Program-made: the position numbers and the translations under genes
Shown: piece after piece, positions 11,926-23,300 of the stretch
Numbering within the stretch: position 1 is the stretch's first letter
Layout of the letters: each line of letters begins with the position of its first letter
Notes under the pieces: model-generated
Databases searched by the model: none
What the model saw: the letters and a program-made list of their open reading frames with translations, nothing else
What the model was told of the DNA's origin: nothing
Assembly (NCBI GenBank): GCA_020184695.1
Contig: JAANOX010000153.1
Location: forward strand, 682,001-746,000
From: Histomonas meleagridis 2922-C6/04-290x
Lineage: Eukaryota; Protista; Parabasalia
Length of the DNA stretch: 64,000 bases
Direction of reading: 5' to 3'

Positions 11926-12471
11926 TTAATTCATTTTATATAATGAACTTGAAAGTTCTTGTTTGCACCGTATAAGAAAATAACTTTGTGGAAGACCTCC
12001 AGCATCCCAAACTTCAATATTAGTTTCATTGGGAACCCAAGTTTCAAGTCGATGTTCAATTTCACTCTTAAATTGTTGGTCGTTATATTGAACTGACATC
12101 ATGGCACGTTTCGCTGTGTTTAATCGTTGAATATTCTTTTTGATATTTAATTTGGCCAAGCAATGGAAGTGATAATGCTTTGTTTTTGACTTCGTGCTCG
12201 TTCCATATTTTTCAGCGTTCCGACGTTCTATAATTTTTATGATGTTTCTGTTGAAATAATGTAAGCTTTTTCTTCACTTTTCAGAAACATTAATTTGATG
12301 AATCAAATTATATAAAACTGTTTCTTTCTCTTCAAGATATTCGTCATATTCTTCTTCTGTATTAAAATCTTCAAGTTTTAAATTATATACTTGTGATACT
12401 TTCCGATTCATTGCAATTTCTGATTGATTTAAAATATTTCCTTCTCTTTTGTTTGTTTTTGTTTTGTTCAT
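11926..12471 (-). pseudogene. Frameshifted copy of the MAT1-like gene 16918..17457
   Basis: Matches the intact copy but has at least six extra A bases in A-runs between about 12130 and 12285. Confidence 0.85.
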
Positions 12472-12655
12472 TTTGTCACTTTTATTATTTCAATCAATAA
12501 ACGGTCGTTGTTCTCACATTTATTCAAAATGAATTTTATTCTTCTTTTTATATACACACAAACAAAATTAAAATTTTATTTGAATATTTATTATTTAACA
12601 ATCATAAAAAGGAATTATGAACTCTCCATCAAAATTATTATTTTAGAATAACAAA

Positions 12656-13609
12656 TTACTTTTCGAAGGCATAATTAAAGTACGGATGTTCCAATGCTTC
12701 TTTAGCTGTAATTCTTTTCTTTGGATCTATTACTAACATTTTAGACAACAAGTCGAGTGCTTCTGGAACAAAAAGATGTGCATTATCGTCTGTTTTCCAA
12801 TGGTCCCAGTTCTTCTTTTTCTGTGCTGTTAGTTTCGGTACTAAGTGTTGCGGGATTCTTAATTTATAATCATTCGCAAATTGAAATAATTCATCGCTTC
12901 CACATACTTGAGCAATGTTAAGCAACAACTCGTCAGGATCTCGTCCTCTAAAAAATGGCATCTTTCGAAAGAGAAAAGTTGCAAATGTGCAACCAAGTCC
13001 CCATATGTCAACACTAAAGTCATAATAATTATAGTTAAGAAGTAGCTCGGGAGCTTTGTAGTTGCGTGTAGCTACACGTACGGGGTATGCCGTTTGTGGA
13101 GAATAATATGCGGCTAATCCCCAATCAATTACGCGTAGCTTTTTGCTGTTGGCATCAATCATAATGTTCCCCGGCTTGATGTCGCGATGCATAATCCCAT
13201 GTGAATGTGCATGATCAAGAGCTTTAAGAATTTGATACATGTATAAAGATAAATCATGGGTTGTAAGTTGGATTATAAATTGTTTAAAATCAGTTGTAAA
13301 AACATACTCCATAACCAACGTGATAAATAAAGATTCGGGATCTTGAACTACATCATAAAGTTTGGTAACAAATGGACATTTTCGCAGAGCTATAAGTACT
13401 TTGATCTCGCGGTTGATCTTAGCAATTTTAACAGGTCGTAGAACTTTAAGAACGCATAATATACCATCTTTTCTAATTCCAGAAAAAACAGTACTATACT
13501 TTCCACGTCCAATCCTTCCAATTAACTCATAATCGTCAATGTTACCAAGTTTGTAGTTGATTGTTTCTTCTTGCTCTTGTTCATTTGTGCTTGACCTGTT
13601 CTGGATCAT
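12656..13609 (-). CDS. CSNK2A: Casein kinase II alpha (CK2 catalytic subunit)
   Basis: GRGKYS, HRDIKPGNIM, IDWGLA, YPVRVATRNYKAPELL and FFRGRD motifs are characteristic of CK2 alpha; first ATG at 13609. Confidence 0.9.
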   Translation of the reverse strand: MIQNRSSTNEQEQEETINYKLGNIDDYELIGRIGRGKYSTVFSGIRKDGILCVLKVLRPVKIAKINREIKVLIALRKCPFVTKLYDVVQDPESLFITLVMEYVFTTDFKQFIIQLTTHDLSLYMYQILKALDHAHSHGIMHRDIKPGNIMIDANSKKLRVIDWGLAAYYSPQTAYPVRVATRNYKAPELLLNYNYYDFSVDIWGLGCTFATFLFRKMPFFRGRDPDELLLNIAQVCGSDELFQFANDYKLRIPQHLVPKLTAQKKKNWDHWKTDDNAHLFVPEALDLLSKMLVIDPKKRITAKEALEHPYFNYAFEK

Positions 13610-14029
13610 TTGGTGGAAGAAGGTATCCAAACAAACCTCTCAAATTTTCTTTTTCACTGCGTTCGTTCGGTGTTTGTCAGAAATTTGAAACAAACCGCCA
13701 AAACTGAAATCCTTCAAAAATGATGTGCGTAGGCTTTTGTCTATATGTTTCTTTTATAATTTTGGTTTGATGAACTTATATAATTTCAACTAAGATTTTA
13801 TTCATTTATGGAATTTGATTAAAATCTTCTGTAAAAATCTTTTTTTTTTGCTCAATTTTTTAGTTTTCATCATTTCAATAAATTTTATTTTAATAAATCA
13901 ATGAATTTTCTGTTTGAATTACAACACATAAACTTTTTGACGTAATTTCTATAAATCATTTTCTTAATTAATATTTTCATTAACTACAAAAAAAAATTAA
14001 TTCCAAACGATGACATTTTTAATAATAAT

Positions 14030-15574
14030 TCATTCAAACGTTAATTTTATTTCTTTTACCATATTACAAAAGTATTCAGTAAAAGTCGCGTCGATTTTCA
14101 GGTTGTTACCTTTTCCTATTTTAATTGCCAAGTCTTGTGCGCAGCATTTAACTTTATCCTCAAGGTTATCCAACTCATTCCTATCGAAAGGCGTCTTAAA
14201 GTGCGTTCTAAATAATCTTTCGTGATCTTTTAACTTCACTTCGGTTTTAATTTCTTTAATCGTTTGATATATAATCAAGTTCGCCAGCATGAAGAATATC
14301 TTTTCGTCTCTTTGTGATGGAGAAGATCGCGTGAATGTTAATGTCGCAAATTTCCGACAATATAATTGGAATGCGTTTTTAGATGAATCAAAGATTTTGT
14401 TGAAGATGTATAACCCTTCAGACCTCCCGAATATGAATTTTCGACATTGGAGATTTTCTTCGAACTTTTCAGGTGTCATTTCGAATGATATTATTTTCGG
14501 TTTAAAGAAATTTGTTTCTGTTTTGAATGAAATTTCTTGTTTTAGCATTACAAATGCGGTTTCCTTAAAATCTTTAATCGTCTTATGTGGAATGTCCACT
14601 TTACTACCTAAACAATCATGACAAATAGCACTTATAATATTGATGTCGACTTCAGTTATTGGTATTTGATTAGTTTTCGTGAAAATCAAATCATTCATTT
14701 TGGGTAATGGAAAAGTGTCACTGTTGAATTTGGTGAAACATTCGTAAACAAAATCCTTATGCTTGTCTCGGATCTCATTATATAACTTGTTGAAGTCTTC
14801 TTCCTTGGGTGGCATCTTCTTTCGGATTTCTGACGTGAATTTGGGAGAGACATTTAATAACGAAAATACACGATAGAGAAAAATGTCAAAGATGGCGTTG
14901 GAAACACGGCCTGATTGTTTCGTGGTGATGATGAGACCTTTGGCTGTAGCAATTTGATAATTAGACATATATGGAACACTAATCTTGAAACTTTCTTTGA
15001 AGATTTTAACAAGAGAATCAAAGGTAAGACGTACATGTGATTGGGAAATTTTTCCGAAAAATGTGTCTATCAGTTTTTCTTGGAAGAAATATGAATATTT
15101 GAGAAAATGTCCAACAAGAAGATATGAGTTAGGATCATCATTAAAGGCATTGATGAAGTCGAAAGCTGCACCAACATATTCTTCGTAGGCAAAGTTAGAA
15201 AAAATCGTTGGGAATGTTGAATTCAAAAAATAGTTTGTAATGACACTGCAACCTGGATACGCTTTTTGTACGGCTGCAAAAAAGTTTGTGTTCTTGACGA
15301 TAGAATTTTTATCCTTAGAATTAATAGAAAGAAGTTTATCTAAATTATTCTTAAGCTGCGCCGATTTTTCGGGAGAACGGTTTAAATAGGTAAAAATATT
15401 TGGCTCTGGAAGTTCATTGCATCCAATTTTGAGTAATATAATATCAAGAAATCCATTAATCTTGCAGCAAATATTAAATGCCTTGAACTTTTCAAAGACA
15501 TGATCAACATAGAAGTTAAAGTATTCATTAGAGTCAAAAGCGTAATATCCTTTTAGGTCTTGATTTTCCTCCAT
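14030..15574 (-). CDS. Hypothetical protein (514 aa)
   Basis: Intact long ORF with ATG start; no motif recognised. Confidence 0.65.
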   Translation of the reverse strand: MEENQDLKGYYAFDSNEYFNFYVDHVFEKFKAFNICCKINGFLDIILLKIGCNELPEPNIFTYLNRSPEKSAQLKNNLDKLLSINSKDKNSIVKNTNFFAAVQKAYPGCSVITNYFLNSTFPTIFSNFAYEEYVGAAFDFINAFNDDPNSYLLVGHFLKYSYFFQEKLIDTFFGKISQSHVRLTFDSLVKIFKESFKISVPYMSNYQIATAKGLIITTKQSGRVSNAIFDIFLYRVFSLLNVSPKFTSEIRKKMPPKEEDFNKLYNEIRDKHKDFVYECFTKFNSDTFPLPKMNDLIFTKTNQIPITEVDINIISAICHDCLGSKVDIPHKTIKDFKETAFVMLKQEISFKTETNFFKPKIISFEMTPEKFEENLQCRKFIFGRSEGLYIFNKIFDSSKNAFQLYCRKFATLTFTRSSPSQRDEKIFFMLANLIIYQTIKEIKTEVKLKDHERLFRTHFKTPFDRNELDNLEDKVKCCAQDLAIKIGKGNNLKIDATFTEYFCNMVKEIKLTFE

Positions 15575-15747
15575 TCTTCCAGTCGATTTGACTAGAATTT
15601 ACTTTTTGTGAATTCAAATGTTTATTTAACCGATTTTGCGGCAAATTTTCCAAAATAAAAATAAAAAAAATTGCATAAAAAAAGATATTGACAAAAAATT
15701 CAGAATAGATGCTGTTACAAATCAAGTTTATATTTATATATCTATAT

Positions 15748-16503
15748 TAATGATGAATATGAAACTAAAATTAAACAAAGAGATGAACGAAATCAAAGAG
15801 TTGAAGAAGCGAAACGAAATATTTTAACCATTGAAAGAAAACTTTCATCAATTATTGAGTTTAATAATAATATTGATGATTCTACACATAATAAAATGAT
15901 TGAATTACGACAAGAAAGTGATGAACTTCATAAACGACATATCGAACTTCTTTCTAAACGAATTGAATTATTAAGTAAATTAAAAAGATCGCTTAAAAAG
16001 CCACGACGAAAACGAATTCTTAATGAGATTGAAACGTTAGATATCAATAAAATTGAACATCAATTACAAGAATCACAAAAAGAAAAGGAAGAATCGACCG
16101 AACTTTATAATGAAATTTCACGAAACATTGAAGAAATTGAAGAGAAACATCAACAAATTAATGTTGATATAACAGAACTCGAAGAGAATATTATTAAATT
16201 AAAGAAAGTTGAAGAACGAACGAATAAAATGATCAATACACATAAGAAAGCTTTTAGAACGAATCACAGGAAGGATCTCACTTCTTCATCAACGCCAAGA
16301 AGAAACGATTCAACAACAACGCGACATTGGGACAATTCCAGAGAATGAGATCAAAGAAATCGAAGAATTACGAACATCCGAATTATTACGTCAACTAAGT
16401 ATTGTTAATGAAAACTCAAAGAGATATCGCCATGTTAATAAGAAAGCCATTGAACAACATCGATCATTTAGCACACAACAAAATGAATTACAAAAGCGCC
16501 AAG
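15748..16503 (+). pseudogene. Internal fragment of SMC3 (direct copy of 22432..23183)
   Basis: 756 nt versus 752 nt; differs by four extra homopolymer bases and one substitution; no promoter or start context. Confidence 0.95.
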
Positions 16504-16810
16504 CATTTTAATTTTATTATGGATTTTGTTTTCAAAAAGGAATGAATTCTTTATAGATGAATTATTTAGAAATCATTCAAACAAAGGAAGAATAAATTAA
16601 TAAAAATATTTCAAACATTATAAAAATATTTATTAATTCTATCAATCAAATGAATTTACAAGAATCATATTATTTAATTGATAGAAAAATTAAATGAAAT
16701 TTAATTGATGAAAATGAGAACGAAAATATTTGGTTAAAGTATTTTGTTCATTATAAAATTAATTTAATTTATTATAAATCAAACGAAAATTTTTCGAAAA
16801 ATTATGAATA
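16504..16810 (+). pseudogene. Degenerate N-terminal fragment of the DUF3447-ankyrin family
   Basis: Reads NYLEIIQTKEE*INKNISNIIKIF and QESYYLIDRKIK*NLI...KYFVHY...FSKNYE, aligning to KYLEVIQAKEEESKSYTKIIEIF and QESLHLIEKMIEQNLI...KHFAH...FLENYE at 52.4-52.7 kb. Confidence 0.7.
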
Positions 16811-16917
16811 ACAATCAAAGAATAATTTAAATGATATATAAAAAGAAGAATAAAATTCATTTTGAATAAATGTGAGAACAACGACCGTTTATTGATTGAA
16901 ATAATAAAAGTGACAAA

Positions 16918-17457
16918 ATGAACAAAACAAAAACAAACAAAAGAGAAGGAAATATTTTAAATCAATCAGAAATTGCAATGAATCGGAAAGTATCACAAGT
17001 ATATAATTTAAAACTTGAAGATTTTAATACAGAAGAAGAATATGACGAATATCTTGAAGAGAAAGAAACAGTTTTATATAATTTGATTCATCAAATTAAT
17101 GTTTCTGAAAGTGAAGAAAAGCTTACATTATTTCAACAGAAACATCATAAAATTATAGAACGTCGGAACGCTGAAAATATGGAACGAGCACGAAGTCAAA
17201 ACAAAGCATTATCACTTCCATTGCTTGGCCAAATTAAATATCAAAAGAATATTCAACGATTAAACACAGCGAAACGTGCCATGATGTCAGTTCAATATAA
17301 CGACCAACAATTTAAGAGTGAAATTGAACATCGACTTGAAACTTGGGTTCCCAATGAAACTAATATTGAAGTTTGGGATGCTGGAGGTCTTCCACAAAGT
17401 TATTTTCTTATACGGTGCAAACAAGAACTTTCAAGTTCATTATATAAAATGAATTAA
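16918..17457 (+). CDS. MAT1/Tfb3-like CDK-activating kinase assembly factor (central domain, no RING)
   Basis: RKVSQVYNLKLEDFNTEEEYDEYLEEKETVLYNLIHQINV matches the MAT1 centre-domain signature. Confidence 0.75.
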   Translation: MNKTKTNKREGNILNQSEIAMNRKVSQVYNLKLEDFNTEEEYDEYLEEKETVLYNLIHQINVSESEEKLTLFQQKHHKIIERRNAENMERARSQNKALSLPLLGQIKYQKNIQRLNTAKRAMMSVQYNDQQFKSEIEHRLETWVPNETNIEVWDAGGLPQSYFLIRCKQELSSSLYKMN

Positions 17458-17582
17458 AACATATATTTATTTCAACGTCATTTCTTTTTTTAAAAAAATT
17501 TTCTGAATTTTTTTTCATTTATCAAATCAAATAAAAAATCAATAAGAATGAAGGAACCGTTAATTATGACAGTTTTTCTAAG

Positions 17583-18752
17583 ATGCCACCAAAAAAATGT
17601 TATGCACTTGTTGAAAATTTACCGAAATATAGCACGAAAAAAGATATATTTGAAACATTCAGTAAATATGGTAAGATTCTTCTTCTTCATATTTTTCGTT
17701 TTAAATATAAAGAAGATCTTTTTGACTTTCAAACATCGTTAATTCAATTTGAAGATAATTCGGCATCATTTGAACGTGTTACTAAAGATATTATTAATGT
17801 TGGACAACGACAACTTAAAGTTACTACACGTGATAACATTCAAGACATTCAAAGTGTTTATTTAATGTTTGGAGATCAATCACTGAATCTTGATCAACGG
17901 TTTCAAGATCTACTTTCTACGTTAGGTATTTATAATTTTCATCAGTTAATTTTTCCAGGAGTCAAAAGTCAAGGTTCATATATTTTTTGTACTAACAATC
18001 AATTTAATATTACACATGTGACTAAAACATTAAATCAATATCAACTTCAAACATTATTACCAGTCAAGAAAAAATGTTTTGAAGTTCCACGAGAAGAACT
18101 TCTAAATATTTTTTCTATGAAAGAACTTTATGATTTTTATTTGATTTATTTTGGACGTCGTTATGGAATTATTCGTAGCATTGGATCATTTTTATCACGT
18201 AAAATCTCAGAAAGTCGAAATAATTTCATTAATCTTCCGAACATTGAAGGTCCGATTGAATTAATTATCGAATATCTTCATTTACAATGTGTTGAAGTTA
18301 GTGAAGAGAACGAATATTTCTTTGGTATTATTTGTAAATATTTAGAAATCGACGAAATTTCGAATAATTTTAACTTTTCTCTTGAACGCAACATCACAGT
18401 TTATAATTGTGTCGAATATTTAAATATTTTTCCGATGAAAGAAGAAAAAGAATTTGTTATTAAATTTATATCGAATCATTTGAATGAAATTTATTCGAAT
18501 GAAACAATTTATAAAGTTTCAAGTCAAGACTTCGAAGATATAATAAAATATTCTTCAACACATAATGATACGCACGATTCACTTGTTTATGTTATATTAC
18601 ATCTTCGTACTGACGAAAACACGCGAAACAAATATTTGAGTGAATATGTTGACATCAATAAAATAAGTTATCAAATTGTTGAAGAAATTCTTGAACGCAG
18701 TTCAACTAACATCAATCACATTCGGGATTTTATTGTCAAATTAATTCAATAA
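17583..18752 (+). CDS. RRM-containing protein with a C-terminal BTB/BACK-like helical region
   Basis: RNP2-like LVENLP, KYGKI and RNP1-like SLIQFED; the helical C-terminal half resembles trichomonad BTB/BACK-like expansions. Confidence 0.65.
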   Translation: MPPKKCYALVENLPKYSTKKDIFETFSKYGKILLLHIFRFKYKEDLFDFQTSLIQFEDNSASFERVTKDIINVGQRQLKVTTRDNIQDIQSVYLMFGDQSLNLDQRFQDLLSTLGIYNFHQLIFPGVKSQGSYIFCTNNQFNITHVTKTLNQYQLQTLLPVKKKCFEVPREELLNIFSMKELYDFYLIYFGRRYGIIRSIGSFLSRKISESRNNFINLPNIEGPIELIIEYLHLQCVEVSEENEYFFGIICKYLEIDEISNNFNFSLERNITVYNCVEYLNIFPMKEEKEFVIKFISNHLNEIYSNETIYKVSSQDFEDIIKYSSTHNDTHDSLVYVILHLRTDENTRNKYLSEYVDINKISYQIVEEILERSSTNINHIRDFIVKLIQ

Positions 18753-19033
18753 ATATTTTATATATATTAAATATTAAATATTTTTTTTATTCTTTTTTAA
18801 TTCATAATAATATTTCATCATTCTAACTTAAATCAGTTATTTTTGTAAATATATATGAAATTTATGATTACATTTCCTTAATATCTTTATATGGTGATAT
18901 TCATATATTTAAAATCAATTATTGTATTCAAGAAATGAGAATGAGAACAAAAAATTATTAAAGTTATTTTTTGTTTTTAAATTGTTTATATTTTCATGAA
19001 ATTTGTTTATTAAAATGTGTTTCATGACAATGT

Positions 19034-19996
19034 TTAGACAAAGTATGAAAGTGTGGTCGTGTCGGGCATAATGGCGCTGTCTTCGTGTGCTTCAAATCCA
19101 ACAAGTCGACGATTGTGATGTTCGTCAAGTTTAAGAACTGTCGCTTTGCTGTTCGTCGTGTACATGTAATTCGGCGCTGACCAAACAAGAAGAAGTCGAT
19201 CCCCGAAGTAATAATGGAAGCCTTCTTCTGCCATTTGGTGCGAACGCGTCAATAGATTTAAATGATTAAAATGCATAAAGCGATCGAACGCCTTTCGCCC
19301 ATAAAGTGATCCTGCACCACGCGGACCGCGCGCATACTCTTCTACATCATCACTCGGATCTGACCAATAAAGATCAATAAGAATTCGATCATTGTCTGTA
19401 ACTTCATCAAATTCTGCAGATGGAATTTCACGAAATCGATCGCATAACTGAATGTTCATAAGCGATGGCGCATGGCGACTGATGCCACCGTGAACTGAAA
19501 AGACCCGCTGATCAATGACGGCACAACATGGAAGTAAATCAAAGCTCTCGTTTAATAGCTTGTAGACTGTTTGGCTATTATAAAGTTTGAGCGAATTGTC
19601 GCTTAAACCATGAACAAAATTAACAGAACGTGCTTCATGATTTCCACGTAATAAATGAATTTGTTGGGGATATTTGACTTTAAGGAAGGCAAGATAAAGA
19701 AATGTTTGAATAGATTGATAGCCACGATCAACATAATCACCCATAAAAAGATATTGTGTATCTTTGATATCACCTCCAGCTAAAAATAAATTCCCTAAAT
19801 CAAATAATTGACCATGAATATCACCACATATTGTTATTGGAGAATGAAGTAAAAGAACATTTGGTAACTCTGCATTAATCTCATTTAATTTGTCTAATAA
19901 TTGACTAACAACAATTTCATTAATTGTGTCCCCTTTTTTAAAAAAGTCCATTAATTCTGCTGGTTCAAGACTGAGAAGTTGATCCAAATCATTCAT
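19034..19996 (-). CDS. PP2A/PP4/PP6-type Ser/Thr protein phosphatase catalytic subunit
   Basis: GDIHG, GDYVDRG, RGNHE, HGG, WSDP, RSHQ and WSAPNY motifs all present; ATG at 19996. Confidence 0.93.
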   Translation of the reverse strand: MNDLDQLLSLEPAELMDFFKKGDTINEIVVSQLLDKLNEINAELPNVLLLHSPITICGDIHGQLFDLGNLFLAGGDIKDTQYLFMGDYVDRGYQSIQTFLYLAFLKVKYPQQIHLLRGNHEARSVNFVHGLSDNSLKLYNSQTVYKLLNESFDLLPCCAVIDQRVFSVHGGISRHAPSLMNIQLCDRFREIPSAEFDEVTDNDRILIDLYWSDPSDDVEEYARGPRGAGSLYGRKAFDRFMHFNHLNLLTRSHQMAEEGFHYYFGDRLLLVWSAPNYMYTTNSKATVLKLDEHHNRRLVGFEAHEDSAIMPDTTTLSYFV

Positions 19997-20314
19997 TCCA
20001 ATTATTCGGAGCACCCCAAAAAAATAACGAAGAACGATAACAAAAAGAAAAAATCCAATTTTCCGAATAAATCAGAGTGCGAAAAGGAAGTTTCTATCAT
20101 AACTATGCTCGCCATTGTATAAAATATTCATGAAATAATAATAAAGTAAAAATATTAATTATAGTCAAATTTTTAGAAGTTGTCATTCAACGATTGATGA
20201 ATGGGGGAGTTTTCACTTTTTGAATCTTATTCGATCGTTACAAGAAAGTTGAATCCCGCCATTCAAAAGATGTACGTTTAAAGTTTACCAGATTTGGCGC
20301 TCCTACAAAGTTCA

Positions 20315-23300
20315 ATGAACATTAAGAGGGTAATTGTTCATGGATTTAAATCATATGATGATACAGTTGTGTTTGGGCCTTTTTCTCCTGGAACAAATGC
20401 TCTTGTTGGTTTGAATGGAACAGGTAAATCAAATTTCTATTCAGCAATTAGTTTTGTTTTACTTGATGAATATGCCCACATCAGAATTTCTGATAGGAAA
20501 GCTTTACTTCATGAAGGGCAAGGTCAAAATGCGATGACAGCTTATGTTGAAATAGTTTTCGATAATAAAAATCGAATAATTTCAATTGACAATGATGAAG
20601 TATCAATTCGAAGAAGTATTGGTCTCAAAAAAGATGAATACTTTATTGATAGAAAAAATTCAACTAGACAAGATGTTCATAATTTATTAGAAAGTTGCGG
20701 ATTCTCACCATCAAGTGGTTATTACATAGTCAGGCAAGGCAAAGTTAGTTCCCTTGCAATGATGAAAGATTCAGATCGTTTAGAACTTTTAATGGAAATT
20801 GCTGGAACTAAATTTTATGATCAACAACGTGATGACTCGCTCAAATTAATTGCTGAATCACATGGAAGAATAGAGAAGATAAAAGAATCATTAGAATACA
20901 TTGACGATAGACTGAAACAATTAGAAGATGAAAAGAAAGAACTTGAAGAAAATGAAAAACTTGAACGAGAAAAACGCGCAATTGAATTCTTAATACAAAG
21001 AAGAGAAATCAGTTCGATTGAGGATGAATTACAAGAAAAAGAAGCAGAAAGAGAAATTGAAAATAATTCAGCAGAAACATATAAAGAAGATTTCGAACGA
21101 GTTCATAACGAAATCAAAGAAAAACAAAATGAACTTCAAGACTTAAAATCAACAGAGAAAATCCTTATTTCAGACAAAGAAAAATTAGAATTAAGGAAAA
21201 ACAATGCAATTCGATCACAAACAAGAGCCGAATTTAAGTTTAATCAATTACAAGAAAAACTTGAAAACTCTGATAGACTTAAAAACGAATTACAAATGAA
21301 ACTTGATAAAGTTGAACAATCAATAGCATCAACGAATAATGAATATGAAGCAGTTAATTCTGAATTTACAGAAGTCGCTAATAAAAAAGCATCAGTTGAT
21401 GGAGAACTTGAAGGTTTACAACAAGTCATTGGAGGAAAAATCAAAGATCCGACTTCAACGCAAAGTGAATTATCAAGAGCAAAATCGATATTTAATACAC
21501 TTGAAAGAGAAGCGCATTCACTTCATACCGAAATCGAACAAATTCAAGAAAAATTAGGAAACTATGATGCACAAAAATCGAAACTTATAAATGATATTAA
21601 CGAATGTAAACAACAACAAATAAAAGCAAAAGAAAATCAAAACATATGTATGAATAAGAGAAAAGAGTTATGGAAAAAAGAAGATCGTCTTAAACGTGAA
21701 TCTAAGAAAGTACAACAACAAATCGAAAAATATCATCAAAAATTATCACGCGTTATGCCACCAGATGTAAGTCAAGCGATTACTTCTATTAAAGAATTAA
21801 ATCAAGAAGGTGTTTATTCACCAATATATGATTTAATAACATGTGATGAAGAATTATTAACAGCAATTAATGTTGTAGCTAAATCAAGACTTTATAATAT
21901 CGTTGTCGAAAATGATGAAATTGCAGATTCATTAATTAAATTCCTTCTTAAGAATGAATTTGGACGGATATCATTTCTATCATTAAATATATTAAAACAA
22001 ATGGATTTCGAACCACCAGAAGGAGTCGTTACATTAATATCTAAATTAAATTATGATGAGAAATTTGAACCTGCAATATATAAAGTGTTTGGTAAAACTG
22101 CATTAGCAAATAATCTTAGAGAAGCGACTGAAATTGCAGCAAGATATAATATAAGTTGCGTAACTTTGGAAGGAGATTTCGTTAGTGCAAATGGTCCTAT
22201 GACTGGTGGTTCAAGAACACAAAAGAAATCGCCATTATCTATTTCGAATTATCTTGAAAAGAAAGAAGAAAAAGGAAGAAGATTAAAAGAAGAAATCAAT
22301 GAAGCACAAGCAGAACTAAAAGAAATAGATAAAGAATTACAATATTATAATAATCAATTAAATGAATTAAAATATAAAAAATTGGATTTAGAAGGAGAAA
22401 AGAATAAACTTATTTCAATGATAGGTTTTACTAATGATGAATATGAAACTAAAATTAAACAAAGAGATGAACGAAATCAAAGAGTTGAAGAAGCGAAACG
22501 AAATATTTTAACCATTGAAAGAAAACTTTCATCAATTATTGAGTTTAATAATAATATTGATGATTCTACACATAATAAAATGATTGAATTACGACAAGAA
22601 AGTGATGAACTTCATAAACGACATATCGAACTTCTTTCTAAACGAATTGAATTATTAAGTAAATTAAAAGATCGCTTAAAGCCACGACGAAAACGAATTC
22701 TTAATGAGATTGAAACGTTAGATATCAATAAAATTGAACATCAATTACAAGAATCACAAAAAGAAAAGGAAGAATCGACCGAACTTTATAATGAAATTTC
22801 ACGAAACATTGAAGAAATTGAAGAGAAACATCAACAAATTAATGTTGATATAACAGAACTCGAAGAGAATATTATTAAATTAAAGAAAGTTGAAGAACGA
22901 ACGAATAAAATGATCAATACACATAAGAAAGCTTTAGAACGAATCACAGGAAGGATCTCACTTCTTCATCAACGCCAAGAAGAAACGATTCAACAACAAC
23001 GCGACATTGGGACAATTCCAGAGAATGAGATCAAAGAAATCGAAGAATTACGAACATCCGAATTATTACGTCAACTAAGTATTGTTAATGAAAACTCAAA
23101 GAGATATCGCCATGTTAATAAGAAAGCCATTGAACAACATCGATCATTTAGCACACAACAAAATGAATTACAAAAGCGTCAAGAAGAATTGATACAAAGT
23201 GAAGATGCCATCACAAGTTTAATTGCCAAACTTGATCAACGGAAAGATGAAGCTATTGCTAGTACATTTTCACAACTTTCTACGAATTTCTCTAAAGTTT

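Larger units (their letters stand above)
9353..12554 (+). repeat. Left arm of a ~3.2 kb inverted duplication (partner 16835..20029)
   Basis: Reverse complement of 16835..20029; near-identical from 9812 to 12554 apart from homopolymer indels and a few substitutions. Confidence 0.95.
16835..20029 (-). repeat. Right arm (intact genes) of the ~3.2 kb inverted duplication
   Basis: Reverse complement of 9353..12554; all three genes have open frames here. Confidence 0.95.

Noticed and set aside
9353-20029. Transposon with long terminal inverted repeats
   Set aside because: The arms consist of host genes, the spacer holds CK2 and a hypothetical gene, and no transposase or target-site duplication was seen.
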